A DNA stretch of 64,000 nucleotides from an uncultured Gemmatimonadaceae bacterium (GCA_963740355.1 CAVUDW010000002.1:1568001-1632000), one strand, 5' to 3'. Numbered from the stretch's first letter, positions 28,550 to 39,223 are shown. The notes: a model not told the origin generated them from the letters alone. Program-made: numbers and translations.

Positions 28550-29510
28550 CGCCAACGACATCAGTATCACTCGCGTCTACGATGCGCCTGTGGCGCTGGT
28601 CTGGGATGCATGGACTGACATCCAGCAGGTCGCACAATGGTGGGGGCCGCGTGGGTTCACGATCACCACGCACAGCAAGGATTTGCGTCCAGGCGGAAGT
28701 TGGGTGTACACCATGCACGGTCCGGACGGCACGGACTGGCCGAATTTCACGCGATATCACGAAGTCGAGCCGCGTGCACTGCTGGTGTACGATCATGGCG
28801 CATCGGCAGAGGACAGCGCGCCGATGTTCCGCGTCACAGCCCGCTTTCGCGATCTCGGTGGGAAGACGGAACTCGAGATGTCGATGAGCTTTCCGAGTGC
28901 CGAGGCGATGGCGCAGGCGCGTGGCATCATCAAGTCCGCGGGCGGCAACTCGACGTGGGATCGCCTTGCCGAGTACCTCGAGAAGGAGACAACGTCGCAG
29001 GAAATCTTCATCATCAATCGCAGCTTCGACGCCCCGATCGCGACGGTCTTCGACATGTGGACCACGCCAGCACATCTGGCCGCGTGGCTGCCGCCGACGG
29101 GATTTACGATGTCATTCCAGCAGGCGGATATCCGCACGGGTGGCACCGCCGCATTCTCGATGACGAACGGCGACTTCACGATGTATGCCAGGCATACCTA
29201 TCAGCGGGTCGAGCGGCCCGATCATCTCGACTACACGCAGTCCTTCACCGACGAACACGGCGCGGTCGTGCGGCAGCCGGGCGCCGCGACCTGGCCGCTG
29301 ACGACGCTGATCCGCGTACTGTTCGTTGAGGAGGGGCCGTCACAAACGCGCGTCACGGTGCGGTTCGATATTGATGGTACCACAACACCTGAAGAAGTGG
29401 CGACGTTCGTGGCCGAGCGGGCAGGGATGACGCGAGGGTGGAACGGGTCGTTCGATGCGCTCGACACGCTGTTGGCTGGCGCAGCGAGGAGTACGGCGGA
29501 GTTTCGCTGA
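28533..29510 (+). CDS. Tandem SRPBCC (AHSA1/START-like) domain protein
   Basis: Two copies of ITR.(Y/F)DAP...V(W/F)..WT....A.W..P.GF. Confidence 0.9.
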   Translation: MTTTTSANDISITRVYDAPVALVWDAWTDIQQVAQWWGPRGFTITTHSKDLRPGGSWVYTMHGPDGTDWPNFTRYHEVEPRALLVYDHGASAEDSAPMFRVTARFRDLGGKTELEMSMSFPSAEAMAQARGIIKSAGGNSTWDRLAEYLEKETTSQEIFIINRSFDAPIATVFDMWTTPAHLAAWLPPTGFTMSFQQADIRTGGTAAFSMTNGDFTMYARHTYQRVERPDHLDYTQSFTDEHGAVVRQPGAATWPLTTLIRVLFVEEGPSQTRVTVRFDIDGTTTPEEVATFVAERAGMTRGWNGSFDALDTLLAGAARSTAEFR

Positions 29511-29522
29511 CGACACGCAGGG

Positions 29523-29556
29523 CACGGGGTCAGAGCACATCACCGCCGACCCCGTG
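29523..29556. repeat. Hairpin related to REP family A, between convergent genes
   Basis: CACGGGGTC...GACCCCGTG containing GGGGTCAGAG. Confidence 0.5.
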
Positions 29557-29579
29557 GTGTGAACGGTGGATACACCGGT

Positions 29580-32009
29580 TCAGAACTTCCGGCTATACCC
29601 CACGCGGACAACCTGCGTCTCGAGATAGTCCGTGCTCACGAGCCGGAAATCGGTGCCTCGAATCGTCCGCTGCGCCTGATTGGTGTTCAACAGATCGGTG
29701 GCGTTCACAACCAGCTCACCCTTCCCGTTTTGTACGCCCTTCCTCGCGCCGAAGTCGAGTGAAAAGCGACTCCCGATCCGTCCTTGTGGCAGAAGGTCGG
29801 GAGCGAGATACACCCCTGAAATCTGCGTCTGCCAGTTGAACGGGAATCGCACCGTGGTGCTCGCCTTGATGTTGCCTGATGTGAGTTCCTGCCGCGGCGC
29901 GGTGTAGGCAATCGGCACCGGGTACTGATTGATGCCGGAGAAGGCCGACTGGGTCCGGTGGAACACGCTCGCATTTGCGTTGAGCGAAAGCCGCGGCGAC
30001 ACCGTTTGCTGCCAGACGATTTCAGCGCCGGTGCTGGTACTGCGACCGCCATTCTGGAAGACGTTGTACAACAACACGCTGCCGGGCACCTGCGTCGTGA
30101 TGCGTGTGATCGTGCCGTCCACCAGGCGATGAAACGCGGCCGAATAGAAGCTGCCGTCAGACCACGCCGTCTTGAAGCCCAACTCGGCCGCGGTGGAATA
30201 CTGCGGCCGGAGGCCGGGATTGCCGACTTTGATCAGTTCCGGTTCGTCATACTTCGGAAAGATGCGGATATCGACTTCATTCGGTCGATCGACTCGCCGG
30301 TTGAAGAAGACTGACAACTTGTTGGCATCGTCGAATTTCCACGCTGCCCGCAGATTCGGGAACGGCTGGAAGTAGCGGTATCCGTCGCTTCGGTAGGTAT
30401 TGTGGTCCGGATTCACGTCGTAGTTCACGTGCACACTTTCCAGACGAACGCCGCCTTCCAGTTCGAGCTGCTGGTTCTCGAAGACATAGTTGCCATAGAT
30501 CGCTGGAATCGTTTCGCGATACTTGGCCCATCCGCCGGCCCCGGTGTCGAGCGGGGAATTCAGGCCCGGGAAGAACTGCATGTTGACGGGAATCGACCGA
30601 TATCGACCCTTGAAGCCAGCCTCGAGTCGCCCCTGTCGCAGTGGGCGCATGTAGTCCGCGTTCAGGTCAACGACGTACTCGTCCGACAGCAGCTTGAAGG
30701 CGTCGATGCCCACCGATGACGGCAGCGTGTTGGTGAAGTCGTACTTCTCGTCCTCTCGATGAAACGAGTAGTTCCCAGTGAATGCGAGGGTATGCCCCGG
30801 CTGCAGGAACTTGTGCGTCAGTACCGCGGTGCCGAATGCCGTGTACTTCACCTCATCCTCGCGAAACTGCCAGAGTCGATACCGATTCTGCAGCGAGCCA
30901 TCGAAGAACGGGTTGTCACCGTTGTCGATGATCTTTTCCCGATTGAAGAGGCCGGAGATATTCAGCGTGTTCCGATCGCTGAACGCGTGGTCCACGCCGC
31001 CGTTGAGCGTTGCGTAGTCAGTGCGCCGATTTCGCTTCACCTGCTGGAAGATGACTGTACCATCGTCGTACGTGCGCGTCGAGAACTCGTTCTTGTTCAG
31101 CGTTGGTGCGTGCAGCCAGTCGCCCTGCATGAAGGTGTTCGTGGCGCCCTTGCGATAGTTGACAGCAATCGACGGGTTGAATTTCGGCGTGCCACGAAAC
31201 TGCGGTCGGATCGTAGGCAGGTTTTCCCTCTTGACCCACAGGGCCCCGGCGCCGGCCACCACGCCGACCTTGCCGTTGAAGCCCTGCTGCTCCTGCTTCT
31301 TCAAGACAAGATTGATGATGCCAGCGCTGGCGTTGGCGTCGAACCGTGCAGAGGGATTGGTGATGATCTCGATCCGTTCCAGCGCTGATGCGGGAAGGTT
31401 GTCGAGCCCGTTCTGCGAGCCAAAGCCGGTCAGTGCCGTCTGCTTGCCGTCTATCAGCACGACGACGCGATCGCTGCCGCGCAGTTGCACCTTGCCGTCC
31501 TGGCCAACCGTGACGCCAGGCACCGTGGACATCGCCTGCAGCACAGAACCGCCTGCTTGGCTGACGTTGTCGGCCACCGTGAAAGTCTTTCGGTCGAGCG
31601 TCTGTGACACGCCGTCGGCGTTCGCCTGCACGACGACGCCTTCGAGTGTGCGAGGCTCCTTCGTCATGCGCAGGGCGCCAAGATCCAGATAGGCGCTGAG
31701 CTCACCGATGAGGACCCGTTGGCGGAGCGGTCGGTAGCCGATCGCCCTCACGGCCAATACGTAGGCGCCCTTCTTGAGCCCCGTGAAGGTGAAGGCGCCG
31801 GCCTCGTTCGTCAGCCGTCCGCCGACGAACGCGCTGTCTCTCTCCGACAGAAGTTGCAGCGACAGAAACGGCAGCGCGGCTCGTGACTCGGCGTCCAGCA
31901 CCTTGCCGAACAGCGTGACGCCGGACGGCAAGGCCTGGCCTGCCATGGACGATGCCGCCAAGAGCGGCGCGAGAATCGTCAGGAGGAACGATCGGAAGAA
32001 ACGATGCAT
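29580..32009 (-). CDS. TonB-dependent receptor (carboxypeptidase-regulatory N-domain, plug, beta-barrel)
   Basis: Signal peptide; plug motif ERIEIITNPSARFDA..AGIINLVLK; GNPGLRPQ; C-terminal Phe. Confidence 0.92.
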   Translation of the reverse strand: MHRFFRSFLLTILAPLLAASSMAGQALPSGVTLFGKVLDAESRAALPFLSLQLLSERDSAFVGGRLTNEAGAFTFTGLKKGAYVLAVRAIGYRPLRQRVLIGELSAYLDLGALRMTKEPRTLEGVVVQANADGVSQTLDRKTFTVADNVSQAGGSVLQAMSTVPGVTVGQDGKVQLRGSDRVVVLIDGKQTALTGFGSQNGLDNLPASALERIEIITNPSARFDANASAGIINLVLKKQEQQGFNGKVGVVAGAGALWVKRENLPTIRPQFRGTPKFNPSIAVNYRKGATNTFMQGDWLHAPTLNKNEFSTRTYDDGTVIFQQVKRNRRTDYATLNGGVDHAFSDRNTLNISGLFNREKIIDNGDNPFFDGSLQNRYRLWQFREDEVKYTAFGTAVLTHKFLQPGHTLAFTGNYSFHREDEKYDFTNTLPSSVGIDAFKLLSDEYVVDLNADYMRPLRQGRLEAGFKGRYRSIPVNMQFFPGLNSPLDTGAGGWAKYRETIPAIYGNYVFENQQLELEGGVRLESVHVNYDVNPDHNTYRSDGYRYFQPFPNLRAAWKFDDANKLSVFFNRRVDRPNEVDIRIFPKYDEPELIKVGNPGLRPQYSTAAELGFKTAWSDGSFYSAAFHRLVDGTITRITTQVPGSVLLYNVFQNGGRSTSTGAEIVWQQTVSPRLSLNANASVFHRTQSAFSGINQYPVPIAYTAPRQELTSGNIKASTTVRFPFNWQTQISGVYLAPDLLPQGRIGSRFSLDFGARKGVQNGKGELVVNATDLLNTNQAQRTIRGTDFRLVSTDYLETQVVRVGYSRKF

Positions 32010-32177
32010 TGCGATTGCGGTTCAGAAGCGTGTGCGCGCTTCGCAATCTACTTGCCTCAGCGGGCGTGCCGCATCAAGTCCCTGAGCGCGACGCACCACA
32101 CGATCGATGCTCCCTTGGGCGAGCCCGCGTGGCGTACGCGATCTCGATTTATGGCCTGTGTGTAACGAGTGACAGGC

Positions 32178-32894
32178 TCACACTGCCGACAATCGATCCA
32201 GCCACTCGCCCAGCAGCACCAGTTCCCCCGGCGACAGCACCGCCGGTGCGCTCGAGAGCACGGCGCGCAATGCAACCGCGCGCGCGGCGACACGACTCGA
32301 TCCCGCTGCTTCGCCGCCTCGCTTCTTTTGGTCAGGAGTGACGGTGATCGCCGCAATCACCGCCTCCCGCGTGTCGTGCGACAGCCGCGCATCGCGCTCG
32401 ACCACTGGCGTGGAAATGAGCGACAACGCCACCCCTCGACCGGCGGCAGAGATCATGTGCACGGCGTGCGGGATGGCCACCGCCAGGCGCCCCGATTCCG
32501 CGACACGCGTCAGGAGATCGCGCAGGATCGACTCCCCCTCGCGCAGCGCGGGCGAGTTCGCCAGCTCGGCCGGGTTGCTGTAGATGAGTTGGTATGCCGA
32601 TGGATTGCCGATCCCGAAGCCGATGTGGTGATCCCACCCGCGACGCAGGTCTTCGAGCGGATCGTCACTGCGCTCCAGCACGCGTTTCTGCTGCACGTAA
32701 TCGGCGAGGATCTCGGCCGCGACCGCTTGTAGCAGCCCCTGCATGTCCCCGAATTGCCGGTAGATCGTGGGCGCCTGCACCCTAGCAGCGGCGCTGACAG
32801 CCCGCGTCGAAACGGCCTCTCGCCCGCCGGTGGTCAGCAGCTCGGTTGCCGCACGGATGATGCGGGCTCGGACGTCCAGCGAGTCGTCGGTCAT
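32178..32894 (-). CDS. TetR/AcrR-family regulator
   Basis: HTH: AATELL...STRAVSAAARVQAPTIYRQFGD. Confidence 0.92.
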   Translation of the reverse strand: MTDDSLDVRARIIRAATELLTTGGREAVSTRAVSAAARVQAPTIYRQFGDMQGLLQAVAAEILADYVQQKRVLERSDDPLEDLRRGWDHHIGFGIGNPSAYQLIYSNPAELANSPALREGESILRDLLTRVAESGRLAVAIPHAVHMISAAGRGVALSLISTPVVERDARLSHDTREAVIAAITVTPDQKKRGGEAAGSSRVAARAVALRAVLSSAPAVLSPGELVLLGEWLDRLSAV

Positions 32895-32970
32895 GTAATC
32901 GAAGGTAACACGGAACTGTTATCGCCCTTGCGTTAGCGATGATAGCATAATAGTGTATTCGGCGATAACA
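32895..32970. promoter_or_regulatory. Probable TetR operator array in divergent promoter
   Basis: Related 15-mers GTAATCGAAGGTAAC (32895), GTTAGCGATGATAGC (32932) and GTATTCGGCGATAAC (32955); TGTTATCGCC/GGCGATAACA inverted repeat. Confidence 0.55.
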
Positions 32971-33017
32971 TAGCCGGGCGCCGACTTCCGGCGGATCGGG
33001 ACTCACGAGGAGATGTC

Positions 33018-33926
33018 ATGACGGATCAGAAGAACATCCCGGCGCTTGGCGGCCAATTCGCCCTGCCGAATTCATCGGTCACTGTGCACCGGGTCGGCTA
33101 TGGCGCCATGCAGCTTGCCGGCCCTGGCGTCTACGGACCGCCACGCGACCCCGAGGCGGCGGTGGCCGTGCTGCGCGAAGTCATCGCCTCCGGCGTCGAT
33201 CATATCGACACCAGCGACTTCTACGGCCCGCACGTCACGAATCAGACCATCAAGCGTGCGCTCCATCCGTATCCCGACACACTGACGATCGTGACCAAGG
33301 TCGGTGCTCGTCGCGGTACCGACAAGTCGTGGATCCGTGCCGATGCGCGGCAGGAGCTGATCGACGCGGTTCACGACAACCTCCGCAATCTTGGCGTCGA
33401 TGTCCTCGATGTCGTGAACTACCGCGCCATGGGCGGCGTCGATGGGCACGGATTCTCGAGCGAATCACTCGAGGCCCAGGTCACGACGCTCGCAGAGCTG
33501 AAGCAGCAGGGGCTGATCCGGCACGTCGGCCTGAGCAACGTCTCGTTGCAGCAGGTCACCCTGGCGCAGGCGATCACTGACATCGTGTGCGTGCAGAACA
33601 TGTACAACGTGGCGCAACGCAACGACGATGCACTGATCGACGCGCTGGCGGCGCAGGGCATTGCGTATGTCCCGTTCTTCCCGCTCGGCGGGTTCACGCC
33701 GCTGCAGTCGTCAGTGCTGGATGACGTGGCAGCGACGGTCGAGGCCACGGCGATGCAGGTCGCGCTGGCCTGGCTGCTGCAGCGATCACCGAACATGTTG
33801 CTGATTCCCGGCACCTCTTCGATCACGCATCTGCGCGAGAATCTTGCCGCAGCGACGCTGCAGCTGCCGGCGGATTGTATCGCTCGACTGGACGCGATCG
33901 GGAGTGCAGACGCGGTAGCGCACTGA
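33018..33926 (+). CDS. Aldo/keto reductase
   Basis: GYGAMQL, IDTSDFYG, VTKVG, GLSNV and LIPGTSSITHLRENL; GAGGAG RBS. Confidence 0.95.
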   Translation: MTDQKNIPALGGQFALPNSSVTVHRVGYGAMQLAGPGVYGPPRDPEAAVAVLREVIASGVDHIDTSDFYGPHVTNQTIKRALHPYPDTLTIVTKVGARRGTDKSWIRADARQELIDAVHDNLRNLGVDVLDVVNYRAMGGVDGHGFSSESLEAQVTTLAELKQQGLIRHVGLSNVSLQQVTLAQAITDIVCVQNMYNVAQRNDDALIDALAAQGIAYVPFFPLGGFTPLQSSVLDDVAATVEATAMQVALAWLLQRSPNMLLIPGTSSITHLRENLAAATLQLPADCIARLDAIGSADAVAH

Positions 33927-33948
33927 CGGGACCGCAGTACATTCGCGC

Positions 33949-34653
33949 ATGCCCGTCTTCCCGATCGCCGCGCTCTGCGGCCTTCTTGGCGCCCTTGCCG
34001 CGCACGTCACCTACGTCCAGTCGAATCTCTTCCTTCTGGGCGACGTCACGCGACGTGGGCGCCATGTGCTCTGGGACCCAGCGTTTTTCGACGGTGTTGG
34101 GCTCCTCTGGGGAATCGTGGTGGGAATCGTGGTCGCACGATTCTTCGCCGCGAGCCCGGGGAAGGCGCTGGTGGTCGGGCTTGCGGTGACGGTGATCGGC
34201 GTCGGCCTCGTTGGTGGCGCCACGACCATCAGTCGATATTCGGCTCAGCCCCGCGCGCCGCTGATCGCTGGTCGCAAGGTGGAACTCGAGTTCGAGTTGC
34301 GACTGCCTTCGACGCGAACCGACGGCGCCGTACAACCATCACACGGCGTGATCCGCTCAGATCTTCGCGACGAGACCGATGCCGTCCTGGAGCGCGGTGC
34401 GATGCGCATGGTCGAAGGCCGGACGGTCATCCCAGGTCACGTCGCACTTCGGCGTGCAGAAAGTCCGCGCCTGCTGACGTTCGAAGATCCCGGTGATGTC
34501 TGGATAAATTTCATGCTGCCGCTGGCCGAGTCACCGACCAGCGCGGACGAAGCGTGGAGCGACTGGATGCAGGCCGCCAACGCAGACCCGGCGCTGCCGG
34601 TCACGGAGACATTCGAGATCCGCTATCGCGTGCGGTTCGGCCTCGCACGCTGA
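33949..34653 (+). CDS. Hypothetical membrane protein
   Basis: Three hydrophobic segments at the N-terminus followed by a soluble domain. Confidence 0.6.
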   Translation: MPVFPIAALCGLLGALAAHVTYVQSNLFLLGDVTRRGRHVLWDPAFFDGVGLLWGIVVGIVVARFFAASPGKALVVGLAVTVIGVGLVGGATTISRYSAQPRAPLIAGRKVELEFELRLPSTRTDGAVQPSHGVIRSDLRDETDAVLERGAMRMVEGRTVIPGHVALRRAESPRLLTFEDPGDVWINFMLPLAESPTSADEAWSDWMQAANADPALPVTETFEIRYRVRFGLAR

Positions 34654-34685
34654 CGTCAGTCGAACGAGACGCAGGGAGCGACCGC

Positions 34686-35426
34686 TCACCGAACGCCAGC
34701 TTTGCTCGATGACTCAGGCCGTTGCCGAGCCGAAAGCGAATCCAGCATCACCTTGAGCCCTGCCGACCAGCCGTCGTAGCCCGCCGACGTCATGTGCAGG
34801 CCATCCTCGACGAACAACTCCGGCCTCGGCTTTCCATCCGCGCCGAGCATCGGAGTCGCGAGGTCCACGTAGTGCTGATGTGCATGTGCCTTGGTGTGCG
34901 TCAGGACTCGGGTATTCAACTCGCTCATGCGCGGCCACAACGCCCATCGCTGCAGGCTTGGCTTGATCGGAATGAAGATGATGTCGATGGTCGAATCCGA
35001 CGCGTGCACCGAGCGCACGAACGTTTCGTAGTCCGCGAGGACCTGGTCGTTGGTCTTGCCGGCATTGATGTCGTTGTCGCCGGCGTAAAGCACCACGATT
35101 CGCGGTTGATAGCGGAGGACTGTCTCCTTCACGTAGCGATTGACGTCCGCGAGTTGTGAACCACCAAAGCCGCGATTGATGATCGGCATCCCCGGAAATC
35201 GCTCGGCCGTGTTCCAGAATCGGATGCTCGAGCTACCGGCGAACACGATCGGATCGCGCGGGGTCGCGTTTTTTGCGTCCCACGCGGCGAACGCCTCGAT
35301 CTCGGCGGCGAAACCGGGTGCGGTGGGCGCGGCTGTGCTGGGCGTGGCAGGCGGCGCCTTCGAGGTGCACGCGGGCAATACGGCGACGAGCGCCAGGCAA
35401 TAGCGTACTGCTGGAGCGAATCGCAT
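34686..35426 (-). CDS. SGNH/GDSL-family hydrolase lipoprotein
   Basis: Lipobox LPAC; FAGSSS, NRGFGG, YAGDND and DGLH blocks. Confidence 0.9.
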   Translation of the reverse strand: MRFAPAVRYCLALVAVLPACTSKAPPATPSTAAPTAPGFAAEIEAFAAWDAKNATPRDPIVFAGSSSIRFWNTAERFPGMPIINRGFGGSQLADVNRYVKETVLRYQPRIVVLYAGDNDINAGKTNDQVLADYETFVRSVHASDSTIDIIFIPIKPSLQRWALWPRMSELNTRVLTHTKAHAHQHYVDLATPMLGADGKPRPELFVEDGLHMTSAGYDGWSAGLKVMLDSLSARQRPESSSKAGVR

Positions 35427-35786
35427 CCGGGGTTCTCGAAATTCAGGGGGTCGACATGCCCGCGCGAGGGATCGGGCTGCTGGATGCAGTCTAATGACTG
35501 CGCTGGTCTGCTCAGGGGCGGCAGTCGACCGTGGAAAACAGGAGGACCGTACTTGCTCTGGCGCGACAGGGGCGATGCCATCGAACTCACCGGTGCGTTT
35601 CAAGACACAAGCGCGACGCCGCCGTGACAGTTTCGTTGGTCGTCCGTGAGGGAGCGAGGTGAGCATGGGTGGTCTCGCCAGATCTGTCCGGCCGGGGCGC
35701 CCCGATCGACACGCGGGTCACGTCGTGCGACGAGGGCTCGGGTCGGATTCCGCCTCTCACGTTTCAGCGACCGAAGGACTCCCCTG

Positions 35787-37247
35787 ATGAATCGCGCAAC
35801 ATTCCGTCTCGCCGGCTTCGGCTCGGCCGGCCTCCTCACTGTCGCTCTCGCGGGCTGCGGCTACTTCGACAAGAACTTTCCGGGCGGCTCGGGTGCCGAT
35901 ATCGAGCTCCGCAACCAGTCCACCACGCCATCGCTCATCAAGAGCCTCGTCAGTGGCGTGGAAATCTACAGCGTGATCAGCAGCGACGATGTGCTGCCCG
36001 CCTCGCCGGGCTTCGTCTTCGGCGGCTCTGCAGATGGCTCGGGGCTGCTGCGGAATTCCGACGGCACGTTCACGCTGCTGACGAATCACGAAGACAACTT
36101 CGCCGTCTCTCGCCTCCAGTTCGACAAGGACTTCAAGCCGATCCGCGGCGACTACGTCGTGAATTCGACCGCCGGCAAGTACCGACTGTGTTCGGCGACG
36201 ATGGCCACGCCCGCGATCCACGGGTTCGGACCAACCTTCATTACCGCCGGTGAGAGCAACGAGGAGTCGCAGGTGCTGGCCGTGGATCCGTTCGGCCTCG
36301 CCAACACGCCGAAGTACCTGACGGGTTTCGGTCGCTGGAACACCGAGAACGCCGTGCCGCTGCCGAAGTCTGCCTACCCGGGAAAGACCGTCGTCGTGTT
36401 GGGTGATGACGATTCCGGCGCAGAAGGCGGCCAGGTGGCGATGTACCTCTCTGCCACCGTCGGTGATCTCGACAACGGCAGCCTGTACGCGCTGGCACGT
36501 ACAGACGACGTGACGCGCGAAAAGGACATGGTCGTCGGACAGTCATATCCGGTGGCATTCCGTGCCATCGAGAACCACAAGGCGCTCACCGGTCGCCAGA
36601 TCAACCAGGCGACGACAGCGCTGAAGGCGATCGCATTCGGCCGCGTGGAAGACCTCGACTACCGCAAGAGTGGCGCTGGTCGCGAGATCTACTTCACGGT
36701 TACGGGCCAGAACAACACCGGTGTGAATGCTGCCTCCGATCGCACCAAGTATGGCCGGGTGTATCGCCTCAAGCTCGACGCCAACGATCCGAAGAAGGGG
36801 ACCCTCGAAGTCATCCTCGATGGCGACGACCGCAGCGGGCCCGCCGGCCTGTTCCAGAATCCCGACAACATCTTCGTCGGCGAGAACTACGTCTACGTGC
36901 AGGAAGACGACAACGGCTATGGTGATGAAGCGCACGACGCCTACATCTACCAGTACAACATCGCCACCAAGGCACTGAAGCCGGTGTTGCAGCTCGACCA
37001 CCGCCGCACGCAGCCTGACGCCGCGATCTACAACGCGGTCGGCGCACGTCCGGAAGGCAAGGCGGGTTGGGAGTACGGTGCCCTGATCGATGTCTCGTCC
37101 GATCTCGGCAACCGCAACACCTTCATGCTGTCGATCCAGCCGCACTCGTGGCGCGCGGCGAAGTACGCCGGCGTTGATGGCGGCACGGTTCGCCCGACCG
37201 AAAACCAGGCCAGCATGCTGGTGCTCGTGAAGGGACTGCCGCGCTAA
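35787..37247 (+). CDS. PhoX/DUF839-like beta-propeller phosphatase lipoprotein
   Basis: Lipobox LAGC; NHE, RLCSA, GEE-like AGES, GRWNTENA, RVED, NPDNI, QED and IQPH motifs. Confidence 0.8.
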   Translation: MNRATFRLAGFGSAGLLTVALAGCGYFDKNFPGGSGADIELRNQSTTPSLIKSLVSGVEIYSVISSDDVLPASPGFVFGGSADGSGLLRNSDGTFTLLTNHEDNFAVSRLQFDKDFKPIRGDYVVNSTAGKYRLCSATMATPAIHGFGPTFITAGESNEESQVLAVDPFGLANTPKYLTGFGRWNTENAVPLPKSAYPGKTVVVLGDDDSGAEGGQVAMYLSATVGDLDNGSLYALARTDDVTREKDMVVGQSYPVAFRAIENHKALTGRQINQATTALKAIAFGRVEDLDYRKSGAGREIYFTVTGQNNTGVNAASDRTKYGRVYRLKLDANDPKKGTLEVILDGDDRSGPAGLFQNPDNIFVGENYVYVQEDDNGYGDEAHDAYIYQYNIATKALKPVLQLDHRRTQPDAAIYNAVGARPEGKAGWEYGALIDVSSDLGNRNTFMLSIQPHSWRAAKYAGVDGGTVRPTENQASMLVLVKGLPR

Positions 37248-39223
37248 TGCAGCGAGTCGGATTGCGGTGGGTCGTGGCGTTGTCGCCACGGCCCACCGTG
37301 TCGCAGCGTATGCTGCTTGGCGTCATTGGTGCTTTACTGACGGCGTGCAGTGGACCCGCCGCAATTTCGCGCGCGCCGTCGGCTGTGCCGACGAGCACGC
37401 GTGCCGACGCGGTACGCGATGACTGGGCGTCTGGCATTGCGCGCTTGCAGGCGCAGGTGGGGCGCCTGGAGCAACTGGTGGCCCAATTACCGGCGAAGCC
37501 AGACAGCGCATCGGCGAATTCTGTTCAGCAGGCGTTCATTGCCGCTCGGCTGGCGTTCAAGAACATCGAATTTCTGGCGGCGTACTACGAGCCCTCCACG
37601 ACTCGTGCGATGAACGGCCCAGCGCTGCCGCGCGTGGATGACGAGGAGGGACCAGAAGCCGTGATCGCTCCTGAGGGCTTCCAGGTCATTGAAGAATTGC
37701 TCTTTCCAGCAATCGATCCCACCGCGCGAAAGCAGCTGGTGGACGAAACACGCAACCTGTCTGCATATATCACGCGCCTGCACACCACCGCATCGCGCCA
37801 GCAGATCACGGACGACAGGCTCTGGGACGCCGCCAATCTCGAGGTGGCGCGCGTCGTGTCATTGGGGGTGACCGGCTTCGACTCGCCGGTCGCCCTGCGC
37901 TCCCTGCCCGAAGCGTCTGCTGCTTTGGCGGGTATGCGCAGCGCCTTTTCGCACTTTCGAGATACGTTGGGCACTGTGCAGTGGGGCGCCCTGGACCATG
38001 CTTTCGCGCGCGCGATTTCCACCCTTGATTCCGCGCGGTCGTTTGAGACGTTCGATCGGCTCGCATTCATCACCGGCGCAGCCAACCCGCTGTCAGCCGA
38101 ACTGGCCAGGACTCGCCGGTCACTCGGGATCGGTGCGCCCGCGGAACGTCGCGCGTATCGTGTCGCGGCCGTCAGCGTGTTCGACAGCGGAGCGTTCGAT
38201 GCCACTGCATTCGCGGCGCCACACACGGAGCCGGCGACACCGGCACAAGTGGCCCTTGGCAGACGGTTATTCTTCGAGCCGAAGCTGTCAGGGAGTGGGG
38301 AGTTGGCGTGCGCCAGTTGCCACGATCCGGAGCGCGCCTTCACCGACGGACGCGTGCGATCGCTGTCTCGTTCCGGGCGGATGGCCCTTCGCAACTCGCC
38401 GACAATGATCAATGCCGGGCTGCAGGTCGGCTCGTTCTCCGATCTACGCACGACGTATCTCGAGGACCAGGTGACGGACGTCGTCGGGAATGCGGAGGAG
38501 ATGCACGGCAGTGTCGAAGCCGCGGCGGCGACGCTTTCGTCCGATAGCGCGTACGTCAGCGCCTTCAAGCAGGCCTTCAACACGACGGGCAAACCGTCCA
38601 TCAGCGGAACCTCTGTTCGCTCAGCCGTTGCCGCCTACGTGCGATCTCTGGTGGCGCTCAACTCCCGGGTGGACCGGGCCTTTCGCGGCGACACGGCAGC
38701 CATCACTGCCGAGGAGCGCCGCGGGCTGAACCTCTTCATGGGCAAGGCGAAATGCGCGACATGTCATTTCGCCCCGTTGTTTAACGGCACCGTGCCGCCG
38801 ATGTACCAGGAAACCGAGGTGGAAGTGCTCGGTGTGCCGTCGCAGGCCGTCATTAGCGGCGCCTCGGTCGACCCCGATTCCGGGCGGTTCCGCGTGACAC
38901 GCAGCGCGCCCCATCTTCATGCCTTCAAGACGCCAAGCGTTCGGAACGTGGCGCTGACAGCGCCCTACATGCATAACGGTGTCTATCGCACGCTGGAACA
39001 GGTGGTGGATTTCTACAATCGTGGTGGCGGGGCAGGGATCGGCATCTCGTTGCCCAATCAGACGCTGCCTGCGGATCCGCTCCGACTGAGCGCCGGCGAG
39101 CAGCGGGCACTGGTGAGGTTCATGGAGGCCTTGAGCGACACGACTGCGATCACGGAATCAGCCGAGGCACGGGCTTACAAGGCAGGGCTCCGACTGCGTG
39201 TCGCGACGGCGCGCGCACGCTGA
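37247..39223 (+). CDS. Di-heme cytochrome c peroxidase/MauG-family protein with imelysin-like N-domain
   Basis: CASCH and CATCH heme motifs; LGRRLFFEP, RNSPT and FKTPSVRNVALTAPYMHNG; GFQVIEELLF; lipobox LTAC (true start may be about 37310). Confidence 0.88.
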   Translation: MQRVGLRWVVALSPRPTVSQRMLLGVIGALLTACSGPAAISRAPSAVPTSTRADAVRDDWASGIARLQAQVGRLEQLVAQLPAKPDSASANSVQQAFIAARLAFKNIEFLAAYYEPSTTRAMNGPALPRVDDEEGPEAVIAPEGFQVIEELLFPAIDPTARKQLVDETRNLSAYITRLHTTASRQQITDDRLWDAANLEVARVVSLGVTGFDSPVALRSLPEASAALAGMRSAFSHFRDTLGTVQWGALDHAFARAISTLDSARSFETFDRLAFITGAANPLSAELARTRRSLGIGAPAERRAYRVAAVSVFDSGAFDATAFAAPHTEPATPAQVALGRRLFFEPKLSGSGELACASCHDPERAFTDGRVRSLSRSGRMALRNSPTMINAGLQVGSFSDLRTTYLEDQVTDVVGNAEEMHGSVEAAAATLSSDSAYVSAFKQAFNTTGKPSISGTSVRSAVAAYVRSLVALNSRVDRAFRGDTAAITAEERRGLNLFMGKAKCATCHFAPLFNGTVPPMYQETEVEVLGVPSQAVISGASVDPDSGRFRVTRSAPHLHAFKTPSVRNVALTAPYMHNGVYRTLEQVVDFYNRGGGAGIGISLPNQTLPADPLRLSAGEQRALVRFMEALSDTTAITESAEARAYKAGLRLRVATARAR

